Source: Macrostomum lignano
Taxonomy: Eukaryota
DNA length: 64,000 bases
Assembly: GCA_002269645.1 (NCBI GenBank)
Contig: NIVC01000012.1
Location: 1,178,001 to 1,242,000, forward strand
Direction: 5' to 3'
In this document: one piece after another, positions 37,416 to 49,529 of the stretch
Layout of the letters: every line of letters begins with the position of its first letter
Position numbering within the stretch: position 1 is the stretch's first letter
Translations under genes and position numbers: made by a program
The notes under the pieces: generated by a model
Told to the model about the DNA's origin: nothing
Databases searched by the model: none
The model's input: the letters and a program-made list of their open reading frames with translations, nothing else

Positions 37416-40400
37416 TGCATTAGGCATTTCTTGGGACAAGCGTGTATAAACTGACCCGTGCTATTAGGACCAAAAATGTGTTGGGCCAGGCCCAATAAGT
37501 GCGTCCCGACACTTCCAAAAATGAATTCTATTGAAATGAAAAAATATTCATTGGAACCGTCTTTCGATTCTCCTTTCAAAAATCAATGTCATTTTTTCAT
37601 ATTTTTAATCAAACACGGGGAATCTAATGATTTGCAGTGTCCTAAGAAGTTTAAAAAATTATGCGAACTGATGGTATGATCCAACAGAACAATTGGGTCT
37701 CAAATCGGAATTCTCGTTTTATTACAATATTTCTTACAATATCAAGAAAGTCTACTACAAGTAACAGATAGAGGTTCTCCACAGGGCTGCCAATCGACAC
37801 TTGAAAGGATCCTGATATTTGGCATCGTGTTTACTATAAAATATGAAATAATTTAATAAAGATTTAGAATATTACAATCAAGCATACAAACCTTATAGAT
37901 TTAGTATATTTAGATTTTTGCATAGAAACAGCTAGCATCTAAATTCATTAGCTTCCAATTTCACTTATACACGAAACATGGAAAATTAAGGTTACATCCG
38001 CCTGTGCCCTCGGCCATTTTAACTGAAATTCTCGTTTTCAGTCAGCTGCATTAATCTATTTGTCATATGTGAATGGGTATTAACTGACTCAAGTTAGTGA
38101 CTGGAGGCCATTAACGTAAAGTGACACTTTGAGTGAGGTAGTTTTCCGGTGGAAATTCTCACAGTCTTATGAAGCGCTTTTAGAGCAAAGAAATAAAGGG
38201 CAAAGAAAAACTTTGCATTCCCCAGAAAACCGAGGACGAGTATTAGAGGGAAACGTTTAATCTCTAAGGCTTTAAATGACTTCCTTATTGGCCTGGGTTT
38301 GGGCAGCCATACTATGTAGCAAAATTTTTCCTAGAATTATGATAATTATCGTCTGGTATACTGAAAAGTACGGAGATACCAAGAAACTTAAGATGACTGC
38401 ATGGACTGCTAGCACATGTTTGAGTGTCACTGTCACTGTAAAGTCGAAATCGATGACTAGTTGGCCCAAAACTACTACTAGGCCTTCCTGAAAAACAATT
38501 CTGCTTATCTTGGATCGTAAAGATAAACCCATGTACAGTGCAGAAGTGTTAGGACAAGCGTGTACAAGACCCAGGCAATCCCTTACCCAGGCCACGTGTA
38601 CATTCCTATCGCGGCGGGGGGAAGCGGGGAGGAGAGGCGGGCGCAAGGGAGTCGGGATAAAGTTTACACTGAAGTTGAGGCCTACAAGAGGAAGAGCCAA
38701 TTCTAACGGAAAGGTACATGTAGAAGTTCCCTTTGACAAAAGGCGTACTGGCGGTACTGCATATGTTAAAACGAATATAATTCATTTACGAGACCTGCAC
38801 TACACAGACAAAATGTGCCACGTCACAAGAGTTTCCATGCATGACCTGGCATGAAAAGACTTGGCTAGGAACCATTACACATATGTAAGTAGAATTTAAA
38901 ATTCTTTTTAAAATTTTATGATTAAATAAAAACTTAACTGGAATTTACATATGTACTTTTCTAAAATTCCAGATACGTTGATATCGATAAGCTACCGTTT
39001 TCTTCTATAACAAACAGATTTGCCTTCATTGTCCAGTAAGTCTTGTCTCGTACTCGTATATGTCGTATTTTTGTACGTTGAAAAAATAATAAGCAGCCTA
39101 GTAATACTCTGAGCTCAGTGAAATATAAGAGAGGCGGCACGATCACCTTATTTATCAATTAATTTACAACAGCACTACACAGCACTCATAAGTAGGCAAA
39201 ATTTACACTTCTAGGAAGAACAAATTTTACTAAAAGTTTCAATCAAAACATTTAGGAAAGAAATCTCGCATGACACATCGCCCACAGTACTAGAGACTTG
39301 GAGAAATACCATGTGAGTTTGCAGGGCAACTAATATAATATATTACTGTTATAATTCGATAGTCAAATTATTTTTCTACTCAAAGCAGTATTATTACATA
39401 ACTAAAGAACAGTATAAAATGACAGCATTCTAGAACGAGAAACAAAGCTTACTGCAAAGGCAAACGCCGAAAGAAAAGCAGGGCAGAGTCAGCAACAAAA
39501 AAGAAGCTCATCTGATTGGGAAGATGGGCGGTCAGCAAAGAGATAGGATCTCAGAAAATTGCAACTCCCAGTAACTGAAACTTAATTGCAATAAGTGTTT
39601 TGTTCTCTAGGGCATTATTAAAACAAGCAAGCCTGCCTGCAGTCAGCTAAGGGCAAAGTAAGTTGCTGCGGCACTATCGAGAAAGTGAAATTTGTACATA
39701 CTCCATCTAACTGACACAAGCAGCACCGTTGGGACAAACTACGAGTATTTTAATTGTACAGTAAAATTTCATTGACAATGAAGCATTTATTAGAACAGCG
39801 ACATTTAAATCTGTTTTCAAACAAATCAGACAGATTTCTCAATAAGTGATTTTTCTTTTATGCGCTCACGCACAGGTTCATCCGCATTCAAACTCGCCGC
39901 TGCATCCGTCATTTGGTTCACTTGCTGCTCACAAGCCGCAGCAGCAGCAGCAGCAGCAGCAGCCGCTATCCGTGCAGGCAGTCAGTCTATTTGTGAATTT
40001 TCTGGTGGATCTGAAGAAAACCCGTCCGGCACAGGATTAAAGAGAAAGAGACGATCTGTTTTGGGTGAGTATTATCTGCTGTAGAAGTATTGTACACCAG
40101 AGTACTTGTGTTACTTGGTAGAGCACAATTCAAAAGCAATGCAACAATCTCAGTGGCATTGTTGGGACACAAGCTACAAACGCAATGAATAGTAAACACA
40201 GCCCAGCCTAGCTCAAGGCTAGTAATTTGTTGGGCATTTATTGGGACATTGCAGCCAGGCCTATTTTTTGAACAGCATTTTTTGGGTCGCACTTATTGGG
40301 TGTTGCGACTTTCCTAGTCATTTCTTAGTTCACCTTCACTTGTCTCTGTTTACTCTGTTTTCTCTCTCTCTCTCTCTCTCTCTCTGTCTAGCTCAATCTT

Positions 40401-40686
40401 GATAATAATTGGGACAATACTGATTCTAATCGCGACTACTTCTGAGTTCTGACTTTTCAAAACAGACCCAGCATTAGTTGAACACGTTCTATTAAAGGGT
40501 TCCTTTATAGCCTATTAATGATTACTAAGGCAAGCCTATCTTAATTGATTTCTTTTCCTCGCAGATTCTGAAGTCAGCCACGCCAGCGACATGCCTAAGA
40601 GACAAGAATGCGCTTTAACGATCAGCAGCGAGCATTCTGATCTCACCGCTGCATCCGTCATTTGGTTCACTTGCTGCTCACAAGCC

Positions 40687-40719
<33 letters not shown>

Positions 40720-41328
40720 GCTATCCGTGCAGGCAGTCAGTCTATTTGTGAATTTTCTGGTGGATCTGAAGAAAACCCGTCCGGCACAGGAATAAAGAGA
40801 AAGAGACGATCTGTTTTGGGTGAGTATTATCTGCTGTAGAAGTATTGTACACCAGAGTACTTGTGTTACTTGGTAGAGCACAATTCAAAAGCAATGCAAC
40901 AATCTCAGTGGCATTGTTGGGACACAAGCTACAAACGCAATGAATAGTAAACACAGCCCAGCCTAGCTCAAGGCTAGTAATTTGTTGGGCATTTATTGGG
41001 ACATTGCAGCCAGGCCTATTTTTTGAACAGCATTTGTTGGGTCGCACTTATTGGGACAATACTGATTCTAATCGCGACTACTTCTGAGTTCTGACTTTTC
41101 AAAACAGACCCAGCATTAGTTGAACACGTTCTATTAAAGGGTTCCTTTATAGCCTATTAATGATTACTAAGGCAAGCCTATCTTAATTGATTTCTTTTCC
41201 TCGCAGATTCTGAAGTCAGCCACGCCAGCGACATGCCTAAGAGACAAGAATGCGCTTTAACGATCAGCAGCGAGCATTCTGATCTCACCGCTGCATCCGT
41301 CATTTGGTTCACTTGCTGCTCACAAGCC

Positions 41329-41361
<33 letters not shown>

Positions 41362-41970
41362 GCTATCCGTGCAGGCAGTCAGTCTATTTGTGAATTTTCT
41401 GGTGGATCTGAAGAAAACCCGTCCGGCACAGGATTAAAGAGAAAGAGACGATCTGTTTTGGGTGAGTATTATCTGCTGTAGAAGTATTGTACACCAGAGT
41501 ACTTGTGTTACTTGGTAGAGCACAATTCAAAAGCAATGCAACAATCTCAGTGGCATTGTTGGGACACAAGCTACAAACGCAATGAATAGTAAACACAGCC
41601 CAGCCTAGCTCAAGGCTAGTAATTTGTTGGGCATTTATTGGGACATTGCAGCCAGGCCTATTTTTTGAACAGCATTTGTTGGGTCGCACTTATTGGGACA
41701 ATACTGATTCTAATCGCGACTACTTCTGAGTTCTGACTTTTCAAAACAGACCCAGCATTAGTTGAACACGTTCTATTAAAGGGTTCCTTTATAGCCTATT
41801 AATGATTACTAAGGCAAGCCTATCTTAATTGATTTCTTTTCCTCGCAGATTCTGAAGTCAGCCACGCCAGCGACATGCCTAAGAGACAAGAATGCGCTTT
41901 AACGATCAGCAGCGAGCATTCTGATCTCACCGCTGCATCCGTCATTTGGTTCACTTGCTGCTCACAAGCC

Positions 41971-42003
<33 letters not shown>

Positions 42004-42612
42004 GCTATCCGTGCAGGCAGTCAGTCTATTTGTGAATTTTCTGGTGGATCTGAAGAAAACCCGTCCGGCACAGGATTAAAGAGAAAGAGACGATCTGTTT
42101 TGGGTGAGTATTATCTGCTGTAGAAGTATTGTACACCAGAGTACTTGTGTTACTTGGTAGAGCACAATTCAAAAGCAATGCAACAATCTCAGTGGCATTG
42201 TTGGGACACAAGCTACAAACGCAATGAATAGTAAACACAGCCCAGCCTAGCTCAAGGCTAGTAATTTGTTGGGCATTTATTGGGACATTGCAGCCAGGCC
42301 TATTTTTTGAACAGCATTTGTTGGGTCGCACTTATTGGGACAATACTGATTCTAATCGCGACTACTTCTGAGTTCTGACTTTTCAAAACAGACCCAGCAT
42401 TAGTTGAACACGTTCTATTAAAGGGTTCCTTTATAGCCTATTAATGATTACTAAGGCAAGCCTATCTTAATTGATTTCTTTTCCTCGCAGATTCTGAAGT
42501 CAGCCACGCCAGCAACATGCCTAAGAGACAAGAATGCGCTTTAACGATCAGCAGCGAGCATTCTGATCTCACCGCTGCATCCGTCATTTGGTTCACTTGC
42601 TGCTCACAAGCC

Positions 42613-42645
<33 letters not shown>

Positions 42646-43365
42646 GCTATCCGTGCAGGCAGTCAGTCTATTTGTGAATTTTCTGGTGGATCTGAAGAAA
42701 ACCCGTCCGGCACAGGATTAAAGAGAAAGAGACGATCTGTTTTGGGTGAGTATTATCTGCTGTAGAAGTATTGTACACCAGAGTACTTGTGTTACTTGGT
42801 AGAGCACAATTCAAAAGCAATGCAACAATCTCAGTGGCATTGTTGGGACACAAGCTACAAACGCAATGAATAGTAAACACAGCCCAGCCTAGCTCAAGGC
42901 TAGTAATTTGTTGGGCATTTATTGGGACATTGCAGCCAGGCCTATTTTTTGAACAGCATTTGTTGGGTCGCACTTATTGGGTGTTGCGACTTTCCTAGTC
43001 ATTTCTTAGTTCACCTTCACTTGTCTCTGTTTACTCTGTTTTCTCTCTCTCTCTCTCTCTCTCTGTCTAGCTCAATCTTGATAATAATTGGGACAATACT
43101 GATTCTAATCGCGACTACTTCTGAGTTCTGACTTTTCAAAACAGACCCAGCATTAGTTGAACACGTTCTATTAAAGGGTTCCTTTATAGCCTATTAATGA
43201 TTACTAAGGCAAGCCTATCTTAATTGATTTCTTTTCCTCGCAGATTCTGAAGTCAGCCACGCCAGCGACATGCCTAAGAGACAAGAATGCGCTTTAACGA
43301 TCAGCAGCGAGCATTCTGATCTCACCGCTGCATCCGTCATTTGGTTCACTTGCTGCTCACAAGCC

Positions 43366-43398
<33 letters not shown>

Positions 43399-43400
43399 GC

Positions 43401-43493
43401 GGGGACAAGAAGGCGCCCTCCTAGAGAACATCATGGGGTCCCCGGAAGTCCAAGGAGAGACCGAACGGCCAAACCTTGGAACTAACTGCCTTC
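43401..43493 (+). ncRNA. HDV-like self-cleaving ribozyme fold at the exact 5' end of the LINE
   Basis: P1 43401-06/43438-43, P2 43409-15/43487-93, P3 ccc/ggg, P1.1 cc/gg, P4 tccaagg/ccttgga, J4/2 aCtaa (catalytic C 43482). L3 is atypically long (16 nt) and P1 is 6 bp. Confidence 0.7.
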
Positions 43494-46400
43494 CCAAACA
43501 GCGATGCCCCGCAGGGGGCGAGAGACTAAAACACGGCAGTGGAGATATCGATCACGACGTCAGAAATACCGATAACATCGACACAGTCCTTCGACTCCGC
43601 GGAGGGTGCGGTATAGCCCCCCGCAGCAAGCGGAGTGGTAGCGGGAAGAACGGCGAGGACCACAGCCCAGAGCTCATCCTGCAATTCAATTGCAACGGCC
43701 TTCGGGCCCGTTCCACCGAGCTGGCCAAGTGGCTCCAGACTAATCGACCTGCAGCTATTCTGCTTCAAGAGACAAAACTCCGGACGGGACAAGTTTTTAA
43801 CCCGCCGGACGGATACTGCGTGGCCGCTAGGTGCGACGGCCTCCCCAAGGACGCAGCCCAGCGGGGACAGGAGCCAGATGAGAGACCATCCGAAAGCAGC
43901 GCTCCCTCGGACACATGTCCGACGCCTTGGACAAGGTGTGGAGGACGTCGCCTTACTAGACCACGATGCCGGATGCGCTGGCCGGAGGACCGCACCGAAT
44001 GGTGCCCTGGATGCAAATCGGGCCGCACCGGTTGCGTTCGCAGGAACGAGCCATGGCCAACACCGAGTCTGAATCAGGCGGATATCACAGTGATAGCAAC
44101 AGAAGACGCAGGAACACACGCACCTGCACCTACGGCAGCGGCTGATGCAGCCGGGGCGACAACGATTACAACACAAGGGGCTAGCTTGGCACCTCCTAAG
44201 AAAACAGGCTGGCAGTGCTGCAAGTGCGGCAACCAAATTAAAGGACGGCAGTATTCGGTCCGATGCAACGGCTGCAACGACTGGTGTCACCTATCGTGTA
44301 GCGGCCTGGGCCGTAGCAACAGGTGGACAAGTGCTTTCAAAGCGGAAATGTGCAACTCCTGTACACCTGTCCAACCGCCGCCATCACAGCCACCGGCAGA
44401 ACGGAGCCCATCACCGTCATCACCGACACCACCATCACCGATACCGATACCAACAAATAAGACTCGGAAAAACCCGATCAATCACGCGGCCCGCGGCGGG
44501 GCGATGATTCTCACCCGCTCGGACATTGCCGTTGACAACATACCGACGCCAGGAGATAAGGAACGCGGCATGCTGGACGTCGCCGCAGCCGCCATCCACC
44601 TCAAAGACTCAAAGCCCATCACGCTCGTTTCTGTCTACGCACCACCTATCAGCGACCAGAGAGGCGAGACCTGGCACCCCCCCCTCAATCTCATTCCGGA
44701 CGCCCAGCGCGTCATCATAGGGGGCGACTTTAACGCTCACGGGATTTGGGACAGCCACCAAGAGGAAGATGACAGAGGCCGCAGGGTGGAAGCTTGGGCC
44801 AGCGCAAGGAACCTGCGACTCGCTAACGGCGAGCGACACACCCGCACCAACCCGGCGACAGGCGCTTTATCCTCGCCGGATATCACCTGGACTAGCACCA
44901 ATCTGCTGAGCAGCGTCGCGGACAGCTGGACAACTCAGAGTGACATGGGCTCGGATCATCTTCCCATCACGTTCCAGCTTTGCTCCGCTCACAAGCGCCC
45001 GACCAGGCAGAGGCGCCCTAGGACTGCAAAGTGGAGCTACCGAAAGGCGGACTGGAGTGGTTTTAAACAGGAGCTCGCCACCATCGATGCCGAAAGGGAA
45101 CAATACCCGACGGAAGGTGTCGAGGCCGAGCACCTCCACGCCCTTATCTGCGACGACATCCTGAAGGCGGCGAGCCATAACATCCCTAAAGGGGCTCTCC
45201 CGAGGACCAAACCCTTCTGGAGCGAGGAGTGCGAGAAGGCCACCCAGGCCTGCAAAGAGGCGCGCCGGACAGCTGAAACTGAACCGTCCGAACCCAACAT
45301 TGCAGCCTTCAAAATGGCCAGAAACCGAGTTCGGTCCACCATTCGCAAGGAAAAGGAAAAAGCCTGGAACGAGAAGGCGGCTCAGCTAGACGTTAACAGT
45401 GACCTCTTCCGCCTGCTGAAGAACATGAGGGGGGACGGGCACACCCCCGCCAGCAGTACATCTATTACCAGGCACCAAACGGGTGGTACCGCGCCCAGCA
45501 GACCAGCGCGAACTAAACTGGAAAAAGCGAACCTGTTCTGCCAGATGTACAGCGCGGTCTCCAGAGTACCAAAACGCCCAGAAGACAGACTGATCAACAA
45601 AAAGGCCTATGAAGCGGCCAGTGCCCGCTGTTGCGATGCCGACAATCGCCAGGGAATCTGCCAGCCCTTCAACCCCACGGAGTACCGGAACGCCGTCCGA
45701 GCCCTGAAATCTGGAAAGGCACCCGGACAGGACGGAGTCAGTAATGATATGCTGAAACACTTACCACCGTCCACTGACAAAAGACTCCTGGAGCTCATTA
45801 ACAGGTCATGGATGGGAGGCAAGTGCCCATGGCAGTGGAGAAAGGCTACCATTATCCCGATTCCCAAGAAAGGGAAGGACGCCAGCAAGCCGGAATCATA
45901 TCGCCCAATCGCCCTAACCAGCTGCGTGGCTAAGCTCGCAGAGCGCATGGTCCTCCAGCGCCTCCGTTACGCCCTGGAGGCCTCGGGTCGGCTGACCGCC
46001 AGCCAGGCGGGCTTCCGACGGGGGCGTTCCACTGAGGAGCTCATTGCCGACATCTCCCAGGAGATTTTCGACAAGCTCGAGGCCACCCCGCACATCAGGT
46101 CAGTGCTCTGCCTGCTTGATTTTAGCCGCGCTTACGACAGAGTCTGGAGGGCGGCTCTCTACTCGAAGCTGCGAGACTTGGGAGTGCCAGCCGACGTCAT
46201 CCGGTGGATCAAGGCCTTCCTGTCAGACCGAAGAGCCCGCGTGCGCGTCGGCGACTGCACCAGCAAAGAACGCATCTTCCGGGAAGGACTACCACAGGGG
46301 TCGGTGCTCGCCCCCACACTGTGGTTAGTCTACGTCAACGATCTGGCTGATGCGGTGCTAAACGCCGCCGCGGGTGTTTCCATCAAACTTTATGCCGATG

Positions 46401-48211
46401 ACAGCGCCCTCCTGACCTCTAACAGGTCTCTGGACACATGTGAAGAGAAGCTGCAACCCGCGCTGAACGCCGTCTCACAGTGGTGCAAGGAATGGAAAGT
46501 GGAGCTCAGCGTGGAAAAGAGCGTGTACGGCACTTTCACGCTGGACGCAAAGGAATCAAACGGCAAAAAGAGACTCAACCTGCTCATCGATGACAAGCCA
46601 ATAGCCTTTGACCCAGCCCCGAACTACCTCGGTGTTCGCCTAGACGGTCAACTCAATTTCGCGCAGCACGCCGCGACAGTCCGCGCCAAGATGTGCGCCA
46701 GACGCCGACCGCTCGCAGCGATGGCCGGCAGGAGCACCGGAGCTGATCTACAAACGATCCGAACAGCCTACATCAGTACCGTCCGCGCTGTGGCCGAGTA
46801 CGCCGCAGGTACCTGGCTATGCGGCGCCGCCCCCTCCACCAGACGAGCTATTGAACAGCAGCAGAACGCGTGCGCGAGACTGATTACGGGATGTATCATG
46901 CCGACCAACATCCGCTCAGTCCTACAACTGGCCGGGCTCACACCGCTCTCATTCATCGCGTCCGAGAGGGCGGCACGCCTAAGGGAAAGAGTCCTCAGAC
47001 TCGACCCGAGTGTCTCGGCGGGACAAGTAGCCTTGCGGAACACCAGGCCTAGACTGAAAAACCGTACCTACGAAGCTTTGGCACGCGATCACGGCCGCAC
47101 CCACGGAGACGGCGGCGCCGACGACGAAGCACAGCCGAACTCGCTGAACCTCATCGACCCGCGGGACGCCACCCGCCCCTTCCGGAACTGCTGGAGGAGG
47201 GCGGCACTGGAGCTGCCGTCGGTTGCCATATTGGATTCCCACAAAAGAGGCGACCCGGTAAGCCCCGGCATCCCGCCGTGGGAGTGCGACACACGGGACA
47301 TTAACATCCGCCTGGACATCTCGGCCCGATGCCGCCGCACGGACCCCCAGGAGTCCCGGAGCGCGGCGGCAACGGAGTTTCTGCAGTCACTGCCTGAGGC
47401 TGACATCAGCGTGTGGACAGACGGATCGGTGGCGGACGGCACCGGACCCGGCGGCAGCGCCGCTATAACCTGCACGAACTTGGCGAGCCATGTGCGCAAG
47501 GCCCCGGCCGGAATCATCTGTAGCTCATTTGACGCAGAAATGATAGCCATCCGCGAAGCACTGGTTTTTATTAAGAACAACCGCAGCCCGAGCGAAAAGA
47601 AGATTCGCCTATGTAGCGACTCCTTATCGTCACTGACAGCACTAGGGGCCGGACCACTAGCCCAGGCGACTAAGACCGGTACGGACTGCTGGCGCCACAT
47701 GCTAGACATCAACGAAACGGCCGACATAGAACTAATCTGGGTGCCAGCCCACTGCGGCATCAGCCTTAATGAAGCGGCGGACCGCGCGGCCGGCATGGCA
47801 AGAGGCTTGCCCCAAGAGGAAGTGCCCATCTCCTTCAACGCCGCAAAAGCAGCCATTCGCCGCGATCGCCGGACCCTGGAGAAAGAAACCCTGCCGCAAC
47901 CCTGGCCGGACTTCAAAGCGAGAGACCGGCGGGAGCAAACGGCGGTGTGCCAGCTTCGCGCAGGCATGACGATGCTCTGCGCCGAGACCCAGCACCGATT
48001 CGGTATGATCGATAATCCGCAGTGCCCGGACTGCGGAGAACTCGACGACAGCGCCCATGCGCTACTTCACTGCCACCGGGGAGACGCTCGACGGATGGCC
48101 CTGGTCGGGAACGATCACGAGGAGCTCCTCCGGAACCCGGGAAAATGTCTCTCGCTCCTTCGGAGCATGGGGCGATGGCCCCCGCAAATCTCGGCGCCGC
48201 CGCGCCGGTAA
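43433..48211 (+). CDS. LINE ORF (1592 aa): APE endonuclease with a PHD-finger insertion, reverse transcriptase, RNase H, C-terminal zinc knuckle
   Basis: ILQFNCNG..LLQETK, GGDFNAH, SDHLPI (APE); KAPGQDG, SYRPIALTS, QAGFR, LDFSRAYD, GLPQGSVLAP, YADD (RT); VWTDGS, FDAEMIAI, SDSLS, WVPAHCGISLNEAADRAA (RNase H); CPDC...HALLHC. No stops or frameshifts. Confidence 0.96.
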   Translation: MGSPEVQGETERPNLGTNCLPKQRCPAGGERLKHGSGDIDHDVRNTDNIDTVLRLRGGCGIAPRSKRSGSGKNGEDHSPELILQFNCNGLRARSTELAKWLQTNRPAAILLQETKLRTGQVFNPPDGYCVAARCDGLPKDAAQRGQEPDERPSESSAPSDTCPTPWTRCGGRRLTRPRCRMRWPEDRTEWCPGCKSGRTGCVRRNEPWPTPSLNQADITVIATEDAGTHAPAPTAAADAAGATTITTQGASLAPPKKTGWQCCKCGNQIKGRQYSVRCNGCNDWCHLSCSGLGRSNRWTSAFKAEMCNSCTPVQPPPSQPPAERSPSPSSPTPPSPIPIPTNKTRKNPINHAARGGAMILTRSDIAVDNIPTPGDKERGMLDVAAAAIHLKDSKPITLVSVYAPPISDQRGETWHPPLNLIPDAQRVIIGGDFNAHGIWDSHQEEDDRGRRVEAWASARNLRLANGERHTRTNPATGALSSPDITWTSTNLLSSVADSWTTQSDMGSDHLPITFQLCSAHKRPTRQRRPRTAKWSYRKADWSGFKQELATIDAEREQYPTEGVEAEHLHALICDDILKAASHNIPKGALPRTKPFWSEECEKATQACKEARRTAETEPSEPNIAAFKMARNRVRSTIRKEKEKAWNEKAAQLDVNSDLFRLLKNMRGDGHTPASSTSITRHQTGGTAPSRPARTKLEKANLFCQMYSAVSRVPKRPEDRLINKKAYEAASARCCDADNRQGICQPFNPTEYRNAVRALKSGKAPGQDGVSNDMLKHLPPSTDKRLLELINRSWMGGKCPWQWRKATIIPIPKKGKDASKPESYRPIALTSCVAKLAERMVLQRLRYALEASGRLTASQAGFRRGRSTEELIADISQEIFDKLEATPHIRSVLCLLDFSRAYDRVWRAALYSKLRDLGVPADVIRWIKAFLSDRRARVRVGDCTSKERIFREGLPQGSVLAPTLWLVYVNDLADAVLNAAAGVSIKLYADDSALLTSNRSLDTCEEKLQPALNAVSQWCKEWKVELSVEKSVYGTFTLDAKESNGKKRLNLLIDDKPIAFDPAPNYLGVRLDGQLNFAQHAATVRAKMCARRRPLAAMAGRSTGADLQTIRTAYISTVRAVAEYAAGTWLCGAAPSTRRAIEQQQNACARLITGCIMPTNIRSVLQLAGLTPLSFIASERAARLRERVLRLDPSVSAGQVALRNTRPRLKNRTYEALARDHGRTHGDGGADDEAQPNSLNLIDPRDATRPFRNCWRRAALELPSVAILDSHKRGDPVSPGIPPWECDTRDINIRLDISARCRRTDPQESRSAAATEFLQSLPEADISVWTDGSVADGTGPGGSAAITCTNLASHVRKAPAGIICSSFDAEMIAIREALVFIKNNRSPSEKKIRLCSDSLSSLTALGAGPLAQATKTGTDCWRHMLDINETADIELIWVPAHCGISLNEAADRAAGMARGLPQEEVPISFNAAKAAIRRDRRTLEKETLPQPWPDFKARDRREQTAVCQLRAGMTMLCAETQHRFGMIDNPQCPDCGELDDSAHALLHCHRGDARRMALVGNDHEELLRNPGKCLSLLRSMGRWPPQISAPPRR

Positions 48212-48854
48212 AGCGAGCGCTGAAGACGAAGAAGAAGCAGCAGCCGCTATCCATGCAGGCAGTCAGTCTATTTGTGAATTTTCTGGTGGATCTGAAGAAA
48301 ACCCGTCCGGCACAGGAATAAAGAGAAAGAGACGATCTGTTTTGGGTGAGTATTATCTGCTGTAGAAGTATTGTACACCAGAGTACTTGTGTTACTTGGT
48401 AGAGCACAATTCAAAAGCAATGCAACAATCTCAGTGGCATTGTTGGGACACAAGCTACAAACGCAATGAATAGTAAACACAGCCCAGCCTAGCTCAAGGC
48501 TAGTAATTTGTTGGGCATTTATTGGGACATTGCAGCCAGGCCTATTTTTTGAACAGCATTTGTTGGGTCGCACTTATTGGGACAATACTGATTCTAATCG
48601 CGACTACTTCTGAGTTCTGACTTTTCAAAACAGACCCAGCATTAGTTGAACACGTTCTATTAAAGGGTTCCTTTATAGCCTATTAATGATTACTAAGGCA
48701 AGCCTATCTTAATTGATTTCTTTTCCTCGCAGATTCTGAAGTCAGCCACGCCAGCGACATGCCTAAGAGACAAGAATGCGCTTTAACGATCAGCAGCGAG
48801 CATTCTGATCTCACCGCTGCATCCGTCATTTGGTTCACTTGCTGCTCACAAGCC

Positions 48855-48887
<33 letters not shown>

Positions 48888-49496
48888 GCTATCCGTGCAG
48901 GCAGTCAGTCTATTTGTGAATTTTCTGGTGGATCTGAAGAAAACCCGTCCGGCACAGGATTAAAGAGAAAGAGACGATCTGTTTTGGGTGAGTATTATCT
49001 GCTGTAGAAGTATTGTACACCAGAGTACTTGTGTTACTTGGTAGAGCACAATTCAAAAGCAATGCAACAATCTCAGTGGCATTGTTGGGACACAAGCTAC
49101 AAACGCAATGAATAGTAAACACAGCCCAGCCTAGCTCAAGGCTAGTAATTTGTTGGGCATTTATTGGGACATTGCAGCCAGGCCTATTTTTTGAACAGCA
49201 TTTGTTGGGTCGCACTTATTGGGACAATACTGATTCTAATCGCGACTACTTCTGAGTTCTGACTTTTCAAAACAGACCCAGCATTAGTTGAACACGTTCT
49301 ATTAAAGGGTTCCTTTATAGCCTATTAATGATTACTAAGGCAAGCCTATCTTAATTGATTTCTTTTCCTCGCAGATTCTGAAGTCAGCCACGCCAGCAAC
49401 ATGCCTAAGAGACAAGAATGCGCTTTAACGATCAGCAGCGAGCATTCTGATCTCACCGCTGCATCCGTCATTTGGTTCACTTGCTGCTCACAAGCC

Positions 49497-49529
<33 letters not shown>

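Larger units (their letters stand above)
43401..48236 (+). mobile_element. Full-length non-LTR retrotransposon, Ingi-like (I group), 4836 bp
   Basis: 11-bp TSD gcagcagccgc (43390-43400 and 48237-48247). Unit spacing 43244 to 48733 equals 642+4836+11. 3' (GAA)n-like tail and a single long ORF. Confidence 0.95.

Noticed and set aside
38272-39158. Short ORFs between the SV2-like gene and the array as a possible host gene for the array exons
   Set aside because: No domain similarity and no convincing phase-1 donor linking them to 39876.
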